Source of the DNA: an uncultured Alphaproteobacteria bacterium
GTDB lineage: Bacteria > Pseudomonadota > Alphaproteobacteria > Micropepsales > Micropepsaceae
Assembly (NCBI GenBank): GCA_937865685.1
Contig: CALMGU010000102.1
Location: 596-24,595 of the forward strand
Direction of reading: 5' to 3'
DNA: 24,000 bases
The notes under the pieces are model-generated. The model saw only the letters and a program-made list of their open reading frames with translations, made no database searches and was not told the DNA's origin. This document shows positions 7,191 through 14,929 of this stretch, piece by piece; the stretch's first letter is position 1, and every line of letters starts with the position of its first letter. Position numbers and translations under genes: made by a program.

Positions 7191-8806
7191 CCATGCTCGA
7201 CCTCACCTGGGCCAAGGCGGCGTCGCTGTTTTTCCTCACTTTCTTTTCCGAGGACGCGGCGACCTTGGGCGGGGCTGCACTCAGCGCGGCCGGGCAGCTG
7301 GCGATGCCGTTCGGCCTGGCTGCGTGTTTTCTGGGAATCTGGCTGGGGGATCTGGGGCTTTATGCGCTGGCGCGCTATTTCGGCCGTCCCTTTCTCGGCC
7401 GCGCCTGGGTGAAGCGCCGGGTCAATGAAGACCGGCTGGCGAAAAGCGAAGCCTGGTGGAAGAAGCGGGGGCTGCTGGTGCTGCTGGTGGCTCGTTTCGT
7501 TCCGGGTCTGCGCCTCCCCACTTATTTGATTGCCGGCACCTTGGCGGTTCCCTTCCTGTCCTTTGCGGCGGTGACGGCCTTGATGGGGCTGGTGTGGGTG
7601 CCGCTGGTGTTCACCCTGGTCTGGGCTGCGGGCACCCAGGCCGTGGCCTGGTATGCGGCGGCCAAAGGCACGCTGATCGTCACGGCGGTGATTGTTCTGG
7701 TTCTTGCGGGCCTGCCGCTTCTGTTCCGCGAACGGGTCCGCGCCTGGCTCCGCTCGCCGGCAACGCAGCGTTGGCTGCAATGGGAATTCTGGCCGGCGAA
7801 CCTCTTCTATATTCCCATCGGGCTGAATTATGCGCGCCTGGCGATCAAATATCGCGGCCTTAACCTGCCCACCATCGCCAATCCCGGCATGCTCACCGGC
7901 GGCATTGTCGGGGAGTCGAAAGACGAGATTCTTCGCGACCTGTTCCGCACCTCGCCCGCTTTCACCGCTCGCGCCGGTTTGATCGCGTGTGGACCGCTGG
8001 ACCAGCGGATGGCGCAGTTCCAGCGTCTTTGCACGGAGCATGGCCTCAGTCTGCCGGTGGTGCTGAAGCCCAATATCGCCCAGCGCGGCAGCGGCTTTAA
8101 GCTGGTGCGCGTCGCGACCGATGCCCGCGATTATCTGGAACAAGTGTCCGGCGACGTACTGGTGCAGGAATATGCGGCGGGGCCCTGCGAGGTAGGGATT
8201 TTCTATTACCGCTTTCCGCATGAGGAGCGGGGGCGCATCTTTGCGATCACCGAAAAGATCTTTCCCTCGGTCACGGGTGATGGCCGACGCACGGTGGAAC
8301 AGCTGATCCTGGATGACAGCCGGGCAGCGATCATGGCCCGCACCTACCTGCATCGCCACCGCGCCATCCGTGGCAAGGTGCTGGCCGCGGGCGAGCGTCT
8401 CAAGCTGGTGGAAGCGGGCAATCACTGCCAGGGCTGCATCTTCCGCGACGGGATGCATCTGTGGAGCCCCGAGCTGGAAGCGCGCATCGACCAGATCTCG
8501 CGCCAGGTGCCCGACTTTTTCATTGGCCGCTACGACGTTCGATATGCCGAGGATGGCGACATCCTGGCAGGTGAGAATTTCAAGATTCTGGAGCTGAACG
8601 GCGCGGCCTCTGAAGCCACCAGCATCTATGACAGCCGTAATACCATCTTCCAGGCTTATGCCACCCTGTTCCGGCAATGGGATCTGGTCTTCGCCATCGG
8701 AGCGGCCAATCGCAAGCTGGGACATCGCCCCGCGACCGTGAGCCTCTTGCGGGACGAATGGAAGAAGTACCAGCAGCTTAGCGCCTGCTATCCCATGGCC
8801 GACTGA
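7187..8806 (+). CDS. fusion protein: N-terminal DedA/VTT (SNARE-associated) membrane domain plus C-terminal ATP-grasp carboxylate-amine ligase domain
   Basis: Residues 1 to about 190 are polytopic with the DedA-type motif LVARFVPGLRLPTYLIAG. The C-terminal half has ATP-grasp signatures VVLKPNIAQRGSGFKLV, VLVQEYAAGPCEVGIFYY and FKILELNGAASEATS (E-x-N Mg site). Confidence 0.7.
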   Translation: MTMLDLTWAKAASLFFLTFFSEDAATLGGAALSAAGQLAMPFGLAACFLGIWLGDLGLYALARYFGRPFLGRAWVKRRVNEDRLAKSEAWWKKRGLLVLLVARFVPGLRLPTYLIAGTLAVPFLSFAAVTALMGLVWVPLVFTLVWAAGTQAVAWYAAAKGTLIVTAVIVLVLAGLPLLFRERVRAWLRSPATQRWLQWEFWPANLFYIPIGLNYARLAIKYRGLNLPTIANPGMLTGGIVGESKDEILRDLFRTSPAFTARAGLIACGPLDQRMAQFQRLCTEHGLSLPVVLKPNIAQRGSGFKLVRVATDARDYLEQVSGDVLVQEYAAGPCEVGIFYYRFPHEERGRIFAITEKIFPSVTGDGRRTVEQLILDDSRAAIMARTYLHRHRAIRGKVLAAGERLKLVEAGNHCQGCIFRDGMHLWSPELEARIDQISRQVPDFFIGRYDVRYAEDGDILAGENFKILELNGAASEATSIYDSRNTIFQAYATLFRQWDLVFAIGAANRKLGHRPATVSLLRDEWKKYQQLSACYPMAD

Positions 8807-8819
8807 TCCGATCCATCTC

Positions 8820-9539
8820 ATGTGCACCGTTTCGTTTCTGCCGACACGCCAAGGATTCATGCTGGCGATGAATCGCGACGAACAAGTCTCGCGGCCTCGT
8901 GCCCTGGCGCCGGGCCGCCGCTGGACCGGCATGCGCGCATCGCTTTTTCCTAGCGAGGCGGGCGGCGGCACCTGGATCGGCGCCAGCGATGCGGGGCTCT
9001 CTCTCGCCCTGGTCAACTGGTATGCCAAGCCGCAGCGCGACCGCGCTTTGTGCGTCAGCCGGGGGATCATCATTCCGCATCTCTTGGCGGCCGAAAATCT
9101 GGCGGAGGTTGCCGCCATGTTCGCCGATCTGCCCCTGGCCAAGATCAATCCATTCCGGTTGATCGCGGCATCCTTGAAAGAGCGGCGCTTGTGCGAATGG
9201 CGCTGGGACGGCAAGCGCCTGACTTGCAGCCGGTTCGGGTGGAAGCGCCGGCACTGGTTCTCGTCCGGCTATGACGAAGCGCTCGCGAACAAAAAGCGCG
9301 CCGCGGTGGTGCGGGACATCGCCAAGCCGGCGCCCGCAAGATTGCGCAAATTGCATCAATCCCATCTGCCGGACCAAGGGCCTTTTTCCATCTGCATGCA
9401 TCGCAAGGATGCCAAGACAGTCAGCTATACGGAGATCGTGGCGACGAAATCCGGTGCGGCAATGCGCTATGCCGCTGGATCGCCTTGCACCAAAAAACCG
9501 GGAACGCCCCGCCTGCTGTCATTCGCAAGCGGGGCGTAA
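8820..9539 (+). CDS. NRDE-family protein (TANGO2-like, predicted Ntn-hydrolase-type fold)
   Basis: Begins MCTVSFL with Cys directly after the initiator Met. Contains the eponymous motif LAMNRDE. Lies 13 nt after the ATP-grasp gene on the same strand. Confidence 0.7.
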   Translation: MCTVSFLPTRQGFMLAMNRDEQVSRPRALAPGRRWTGMRASLFPSEAGGGTWIGASDAGLSLALVNWYAKPQRDRALCVSRGIIIPHLLAAENLAEVAAMFADLPLAKINPFRLIAASLKERRLCEWRWDGKRLTCSRFGWKRRHWFSSGYDEALANKKRAAVVRDIAKPAPARLRKLHQSHLPDQGPFSICMHRKDAKTVSYTEIVATKSGAAMRYAAGSPCTKKPGTPRLLSFASGA

Positions 9540-9542
9540 GAA

Positions 9543-10817
9543 TTAGCCGCGATAGAAGACGCGCCAGATTTTTCCCGTCTGGCTGTCGGTGATGTAGAGC
9601 GAGCCGTCCGGCCCAACCGCCACGCCATCGGGGCGTGCGGGATAGTCATTCTGGGTTTTGATCGGGGCGGAGCCGGCGAATTTGTCCGCGAAGACTTCGA
9701 ATTTGCCAGAAGCTTTTCCGTCATTGCCGATGGGCTGGAACACCACCGCGCCCGGGCGCTGTTCGCCGGAGCGGTTCCAGGAGCCGTGAAACGCGATGAA
9801 GGCGCCGCCGCGATAAGAAGCGGGGAACTGCTTGCCGTCATAGAATTTCACATCGACGGGCGCCCAATGCGCGGGAAAGCTGGCCGTCGGCAAGGTGAAT
9901 TTGGCGCAGCGCGCCGCTTCCCTGCCGTCGCCGCCATATTCGGGGCTGAGCAGAAGCTTCTGCTGGCGATAGTCGAAATAGCAATAGGGCCAGCCGAAAT
10001 CCGCGCCCTGTTCGGCGCGATACATCACTTCGGCGGGACCGTCATTGTTATCTTCGGCGGTGAAATGTTCCGGATAGAGCAGATCGATCTGGTCGCGGTT
10101 GTTCATCACTGTGTAGATCGCGCCATGGGCCCAGGCCACATCGGGCTCTTGGCGCAAACCGGTGACGATGCGGCTGCCGTCTTCCTGTTTCTGGCTCAGC
10201 TTGGCGGCGCTGAATTTCCAGATGCCGCCATGCTTCTCCAGGAGCGGGCAGGGATCCTGGCCGGGCGAATCCTTCAACCGGTCGCGCGCCTGGCAGGCGT
10301 TGGATGGGCTTCCCACATTGACGTAGAAATTGCCTTTGTCGTCGAAGGCGATGCCTTTGTCGGCATGCTCGCGGGCGCTGTCGAAACCGGAAACGACGAT
10401 TTCCGGCTGGCCTTGCGGCACCAACTGGCCTGGCGTCATCTTATAACGAACCACCTGGGTCGGCTGGGCGACATACAGATAGCCGTCATGGAGCGCGATG
10501 CCGGTGGCGCTGCCATTGTCGGCAAGGCCATTGCCGAATTTCTGCTGCACGTCGAAATGGCCGTCGCCCTTGGAATCGTGCAGCGCCACCAAGCCGCCGG
10601 GCTTGCCGCCGCTGGCGCGCAAGGCGACATAAAGGTCGCCATTGGGCGCGGCCACCGCATGGCGCGCATAGCCCAGATTTTCGGCAGCCACCATGGCGCA
10701 GAAGCCCCTGGGCAACGTGATGCCGCCATTGTCCGGCGCGCAAGTCGGTGCCGCCGAAGCGGGCGCCGCCGCCATCGCGGACAATCCCAAAATCGAAACC
10801 GTCAGCTTCAACATCAT
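9543..10817 (-). CDS. secreted PQQ-dependent sugar (sorbosone/glucose) dehydrogenase-family beta-propeller
   Basis: Signal peptide LGLSAMAAAPASA. Family-like segments HAVAAPNGDLYVA, GIAFDDKGNFYVNVGSPSNAC, GADFGWPYCY and PDGVAVGPDGSLYITDSQTGKIWRVFY. RBS GGGAGA upstream. Confidence 0.7.
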   Translation of the reverse strand: MMLKLTVSILGLSAMAAAPASAAPTCAPDNGGITLPRGFCAMVAAENLGYARHAVAAPNGDLYVALRASGGKPGGLVALHDSKGDGHFDVQQKFGNGLADNGSATGIALHDGYLYVAQPTQVVRYKMTPGQLVPQGQPEIVVSGFDSAREHADKGIAFDDKGNFYVNVGSPSNACQARDRLKDSPGQDPCPLLEKHGGIWKFSAAKLSQKQEDGSRIVTGLRQEPDVAWAHGAIYTVMNNRDQIDLLYPEHFTAEDNNDGPAEVMYRAEQGADFGWPYCYFDYRQQKLLLSPEYGGDGREAARCAKFTLPTASFPAHWAPVDVKFYDGKQFPASYRGGAFIAFHGSWNRSGEQRPGAVVFQPIGNDGKASGKFEVFADKFAGSAPIKTQNDYPARPDGVAVGPDGSLYITDSQTGKIWRVFYRG

Positions 10818-10980
10818 CGTCTCCCGTTTGGCGCTGCCGAATTTTCGTTATATCATTTGGAATATCACGCTCGAAAGCCTTTCGCCAGCCGCCCGACCGC
10901 GACATGAGGCGGCAACACGGCGTCAGCGCGCCGCGCTGACCGTCCACAATAGCGCAAATTCGACCAGGCCTTTTTCTACC

Positions 10981-11883
10981 CTATTGCAGCGGCACCGCAT
11001 AGGCGGCGAATACGCCGGGGTCCTGACCCTTGAGCGGTTCGCGCCGGTAGTTGAATTTGGATTCCAGTTCCCAGGCGGTGTTTCCCACCACCGTCACTGC
11101 CACCGGCACATTCAGGCCCTGATTCAAGACTGTGACGGTGGCCTTGTCGCCGTCCAGAACGATGCGGTCGAGACGGCCCTGGCCTTCGGCCAGAAGAATG
11201 TCGCCATTGGGTGCCAGCCGCATGCCATCCGGATTCTTCAGGGGCTGGCTGGTGGCGATCTCCGTGACTTTCACGTTTTCTCCACTCCCCTCGACGCGGA
11301 GCAGGCGCGCGCTGCTATAGGTGTTCACATAGAGTTTGCCGTCACGGGTGAAGACCAGCCCGTCGATCGATTTGAGATCCGGTCCCGACGCGAATTCCGT
11401 CAATTGCCTGGCGCCGGGCACCAGCCGCAAGATGCGGCTTCCGGATGTATCGGCGACCATGGCCGCCCCGTCGGGCGCGATGGCAATATCGTTGCACACG
11501 CCGCCGCCAGGGAAGGGATATTTGGCGCGGAATTTCCCGCCCGGCAGATCGAACGCCATCAGCGACGTATCGATATGCGCCGGATCGTCGGTGGAACAGA
11601 CCCAGAGCGTGCGGCCGTCGGCCAGGACGCCGAGGACCGAATGCATTCCTTCCGTGCCGGCCGGGATGAAGGAAGAGGCTTTGTCCTGTCCCGCCGCGGC
11701 TTTGTAGATCCCGCCTTTGGCGAGGCTGCCGATATAGACGTTGCCTGCCGCATCCGAACTCAGGCTTTCGGGAAAGACGCCGGTGTCATCGATGACGATG
11801 CGGTCGGCGGCCAAAGCGGGCGTGGTAACCGCCGCCAGGGTGCAGGCGAATAGCATGATGGGCAGATTGCGAAAGGCGATCAT
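10981..11883 (-). CDS. secreted SMP-30/gluconolactonase/LRE-like (strictosidine-synthase-like) beta-propeller protein
   Basis: Start chosen at MIAFRNLPIMLFACTLAAVTTPALA (signal peptide) with a GGAGG RBS. Repeated blade segments (AAGNVYIGS, NDIAIAPDGAAMVADTSGSRILR, IDGLVFTRDGKLYVNT, PDGMRLAPNGDILLAE). The track start at 12030 adds 49 aa with no support. Confidence 0.6.
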   Translation of the reverse strand: MIAFRNLPIMLFACTLAAVTTPALAADRIVIDDTGVFPESLSSDAAGNVYIGSLAKGGIYKAAAGQDKASSFIPAGTEGMHSVLGVLADGRTLWVCSTDDPAHIDTSLMAFDLPGGKFRAKYPFPGGGVCNDIAIAPDGAAMVADTSGSRILRLVPGARQLTEFASGPDLKSIDGLVFTRDGKLYVNTYSSARLLRVEGSGENVKVTEIATSQPLKNPDGMRLAPNGDILLAEGQGRLDRIVLDGDKATVTVLNQGLNVPVAVTVVGNTAWELESKFNYRREPLKGQDPGVFAAYAVPLQ

Positions 11884-11903
11884 GAAACCTCCGGGTCCGA
11901 ATA

Positions 11904-11919
11904 ATATGTATATACATAT
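11904..11919. promoter_or_regulatory. perfect 16-bp AT-only palindrome ATATGTATATACATAT, candidate operator in a divergent promoter region
   Basis: Read directly and checked as its own reverse complement. Lies 21 nt upstream of the ATG at 11883 (minus gene) and 130 nt upstream of the dipZ ATG, inside otherwise GC-rich DNA. Confidence 0.5.
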
Positions 11920-12048
11920 GTTCTTGCCGATTTTCCATATCGGTTCGCGCGTCATTGCCACCGCTCCGCGCGGAAAACGGGTTGCCGCAATTGCGCCGCT
12001 CAGCGGACGCTGCGAAGATGCCCGCTCCAAGACGCGGACGAATTGTCA

Positions 12049-13767
12049 ATGACCCTGATCCTATTGGCCTATCTGGGTGGCGTCCTCACCATCGTCAGTC
12101 CTTGCATCCTGCCGGTGCTGCCATTCGTGTTCGCGCGGGGCGGCCGTCCATTCCTGACGGGTACATTGCCGCTTCTGGCGGGCATGGTCGTGATGTTTGC
12201 CGCGGTGGCGAGTTTGGCGGCGGTTGGCGGCGGCTGGGCGGTGAGCGCCAATCAGTATGGCCGCATCGCCGCCATGGTCTTGCTCACGCTCTTCGCTGTC
12301 ACGCTGTTGTCGCGCACCCTGGCGGATACTCTCACCCGCCCGCTGGTGGCGCTGGGCAACCGGCTGTCCGGCGAGGCGGGCGCGGGATCCGGCATCGGCG
12401 CGTCTTTTCTTTTGGGCATCGCCACCGGATTGCTGTGGGCGCCTTGCGCCGGGCCGATCCTGGGTTTGGTGCTGACGGGGGCTGCGATCAGCGGCGCCAG
12501 CGTGCAAACCACATTGTTGTTGCTGGCTTATGCCGCCGGTGCGGCGACATCGCTGGCCTTGGCGTTGCTGGTGGGCGGGCGGCTGTTCGCGGCGATGAAG
12601 CGATCTTTGGGCGCGGGCGAATGGGTGCGCCGCGCGCTGGGTGTGCTGGTGCTGGCGGGCGTGGCGGCCATCGCCTTCGGACTGGATACCGGTTTTCTGA
12701 CGCGTGTGTCGCTGGCCAGTACCTCGCGTTTCGAGCAGGGGCTGGTGGACAAATTTTTGCCCGCCAAGCCGGTCAAAGCCGTTGCGGTGGCGGGCAGCAA
12801 TCTTCCCGTTGAAGGTGTGATTCCGGAATTGACCGGCGCCACCGGCTGGCTGAACACGCCGCCGCTGACCCGCGATGGGCTGGCGGGCAAAGTGGTGATG
12901 GTGGATTTCTGGACATACTCCTGCATCAACTGCCTGCGCGCCTTGCCCTATATCCGCGCCTGGGCCGCGAAATATAAAGATCATGGGCTGGTGGTGCTGG
13001 GCGTGCATGCGCCCGAATTTGCCTTCGAACGGGATCCCGCCAATGTGAAGAAGGCTGTGGCGGACCTGGGCGTCACCTATCCCGTGGCACTGGATTCCAA
13101 ACTCGCCATCTGGCAGGCCTTCAACAACCAATATTGGCCCGCGCATTATTTCATCGACGCGATGGGGCGCATCCGCGCCCATCATTTCGGCGAAGGTGAA
13201 TATGACAAGTCCGAGCGCATCATCCAGACCCTGCTCAAGGAAGCCGGCTACAAGAATGTGCCTGGCGGCATTGTCGATCCGGACGCCGAAGGAGCGCTTG
13301 CCGCCGCCGACGAAAACAACATGCAATCGCCGGAGACCTATCTGGGCTATGGGAGGGGAACCGGTTTCGCTTCCAACACGCCGCAACCGGACACAATTGC
13401 AACTTATACGACGCCTTACCCCTTAGGCCCCAACCAGTGGGGGCTTACCGGCCGCTGGACCATTGGCGAGGAAAAATCGGTGTCGGCTGCCGCCGGAACC
13501 AGGATCACTTTCTATTTCCATGCCCGTGATCTGCATCTGGTGCTGGGGCCCGGCGCCGGCAACAAGCCCGTGCGCTTCAAAGTGACATTGGATGGTCAGC
13601 CGCCGGGTACGGCGCATGGCATGGATACGGATGAGGCAGGCAATGGCACCGTAACGGGCCAGCGCCTTTACCAACTCATTCGCCAGCAGGGCATGATCGG
13701 CAATCGCACATTCGGCATCGAATTCCTGGATCCAGGCGTTGAGGCTTATGCCTTCACATTCGGATGA
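12049..13767 (+). CDS. dipZ: DipZ-type cytochrome c biogenesis/thiol-disulfide reductant transfer protein (CcdA-like membrane domain + thioredoxin-like domain + C-terminal DipZ domain)
   Basis: CcdA/DsbD-type motifs SPCILPVLP and WAPCAGPILG in the membrane part. Periplasmic thioredoxin-like domain with FWTYSCINCLRALP (C-x-x-C). About 170-aa C-terminal domain. The ATG at 12049 is preferred over the TTG at 12043. Confidence 0.8.
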   Translation: MTLILLAYLGGVLTIVSPCILPVLPFVFARGGRPFLTGTLPLLAGMVVMFAAVASLAAVGGGWAVSANQYGRIAAMVLLTLFAVTLLSRTLADTLTRPLVALGNRLSGEAGAGSGIGASFLLGIATGLLWAPCAGPILGLVLTGAAISGASVQTTLLLLAYAAGAATSLALALLVGGRLFAAMKRSLGAGEWVRRALGVLVLAGVAAIAFGLDTGFLTRVSLASTSRFEQGLVDKFLPAKPVKAVAVAGSNLPVEGVIPELTGATGWLNTPPLTRDGLAGKVVMVDFWTYSCINCLRALPYIRAWAAKYKDHGLVVLGVHAPEFAFERDPANVKKAVADLGVTYPVALDSKLAIWQAFNNQYWPAHYFIDAMGRIRAHHFGEGEYDKSERIIQTLLKEAGYKNVPGGIVDPDAEGALAAADENNMQSPETYLGYGRGTGFASNTPQPDTIATYTTPYPLGPNQWGLTGRWTIGEEKSVSAAAGTRITFYFHARDLHLVLGPGAGNKPVRFKVTLDGQPPGTAHGMDTDEAGNGTVTGQRLYQLIRQQGMIGNRTFGIEFLDPGVEAYAFTFG

Positions 13768-13861
13768 GATGACACACATTTGGCAACCATCGCGCCGGGC
13801 TTTTGCCTTAAAGGGGAGCCTGGCGTAGGCTTGTCGCATCGATCTATCGGCGGATACCGGT

Positions 13862-14914
13862 ATGAAGCGAAAACCTCTTTACAGCCGCGCCTCCAGGCGG
13901 CGCTCCGGTTCGTCGATCCGCGACGAAGGAGCGCCTGTTGCCTGGTCCTTTGAAGAGAACCAGGGATCTTCGCTCGCCGTCGAAATCTGGCGCAAATCCA
14001 AAGCCTTTGTGGCGCGGCATGATCGCAGCGTGCCGGCCGCGGCGGCGGTGTTGATCGCTGTTGGTCTGTTCGGCGCCTGGCAATGGTTCCATCCCGGTCC
14101 GACCGCGCTGACCCAATGGGATATCGACAATGCCGTTAAATATACGCTGAGCAACACGCCACCTGGCCCCGCCGAAACCACGGTGGCCGCCGCCACGGTG
14201 GGACCATCGGTGGTGCGGGTGGATGGGTTCCTGTCGCCCGAACATGCGGCGCAGCAGGCCAAGCTGGAAGCGGCAGAAGCCAAAAAGAATCATCTGAAGA
14301 TTCAGCCCATGCCGCCGCCCAAATCCTCGGACGGCAAGGATGCGGATAAAGATAAAGCCAAAGACGAAAGTCCCGACTCCACCGGCACAGGTGTCGTGAT
14401 CGACGACAAGGGCGACATTCTCACCAATCTGCATGTGATCCATTCCACCGATCGCTGGGTGGTGACGTTTTTCGACGGCAGCAAGTCGGAAGCGACCGTG
14501 GTGAATGTGCAGCCTGAAAACGATCTGGCGGTGATCCGCACCAAGACCCAGCCCGATGATCTGAAGCCCGCCACTTTGGCGTCGACCGCCAATCTCTTTC
14601 CCGGCGACACGGTGGTGGCGGTGGGCTTTCCGTTCGGCATCGGGCCCTCGGTCTCCTCCGGCGTGGTGGCGGGCCTGAAGCGCGAATTCGACGATCCGTC
14701 CGAGAAGGACAAACCCACCCTCACCAATCTGATCCAGTTCACCGCGCCCGTGAATCCGGGCAATTCCGGCGGGCCGCTGGTCAATCGCGACGGCGAAGTC
14801 GTGGGCATCGTGACGGCGATCTACAATCCCACCGGCCAGCGCGTGTTCGCGGGCATGGCTTTCGCCGTGCCGATCGAGAATGCCGCCAAGGCGGTGGGCA
14901 ACAATCCTCTTTGA
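13862..14914 (+). CDS. membrane-anchored S1C (HtrA/DegP-like) trypsin-fold serine protease without PDZ domain
   Basis: Catalytic triad contexts TNLHVIH (His), ENDLAVIR (Asp) and GNSGGPLVN (Ser). N-terminal basic tail followed by one TM helix (VPAAAAVLIAVGLFGAWQWF). The start codon is uncertain. Confidence 0.75.
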   Translation: MKRKPLYSRASRRRSGSSIRDEGAPVAWSFEENQGSSLAVEIWRKSKAFVARHDRSVPAAAAVLIAVGLFGAWQWFHPGPTALTQWDIDNAVKYTLSNTPPGPAETTVAAATVGPSVVRVDGFLSPEHAAQQAKLEAAEAKKNHLKIQPMPPPKSSDGKDADKDKAKDESPDSTGTGVVIDDKGDILTNLHVIHSTDRWVVTFFDGSKSEATVVNVQPENDLAVIRTKTQPDDLKPATLASTANLFPGDTVVAVGFPFGIGPSVSSGVVAGLKREFDDPSEKDKPTLTNLIQFTAPVNPGNSGGPLVNRDGEVVGIVTAIYNPTGQRVFAGMAFAVPIENAAKAVGNNPL

Positions 14915-14929
14915 CAAAAGGGTTTCGGC

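Noticed and set aside
7160-9214. Very long antisense ORFs in the six-frame track (684 aa at 7160-9214 minus, 686 aa at 13844-15904 minus, 441 aa at 12061-13386 minus, 437 aa at 18114-19427 minus, 468 aa at 4772-6178 plus, 368 aa at 3554-4660 plus, 303 aa at 201-1112 minus, and similar).
   Set aside because: They are Arg/Gly/Ala/Pro/His/Gln-rich shadow frames, which GC-rich DNA produces opposite genuine genes. None carries a recognisable motif. Each fully overlaps a gene with strong family signatures on the other strand, and one even runs through the tRNA.
5986-9539. Calling the tRNA-adjacent block a mobile genetic element or genomic island.
   Set aside because: No integrase, transposase, phage gene or flanking direct repeat is visible in the window. 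From 6666 onward the GC content looks like the rest of the window. Only the boundary observation is kept, as a low-confidence finding.
10849-10866. Direct repeat ATATCA ... ATATCA (12-bp start-to-start spacing) upstream of the PQQ-dehydrogenase gene, considered as a response-regulator binding site.
   Set aside because: Two copies of a 6-mer in a short AT-rich promoter island are easily explained by chance. There is no third copy or supporting regulator gene nearby.
10922-10940. A 19-nt GC-rich palindrome GTCAGCGCGCCGCGCTGAC in the intergenic region between the two propeller genes, considered as a terminator or operator.
   Set aside because: No U-tract follows on either strand, and the loop would be only 1 nt. 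It may still act as an RNA hairpin after the SMP-30-like gene, but the sequence alone does not support a confident call.
14228-14383. Lys/Asp/Pro-rich low-complexity segment (..AKLEAAEAKKNHLKIQPMPPPKSSDGKDADKDKAKDESPDS..) in the HtrA-like protease, considered as a novel insertion.
   Set aside because: It occupies the position of the LA loop between the first two beta strands of HtrA/DegP proteases. That loop is known to be long and highly variable, so it is not unusual.
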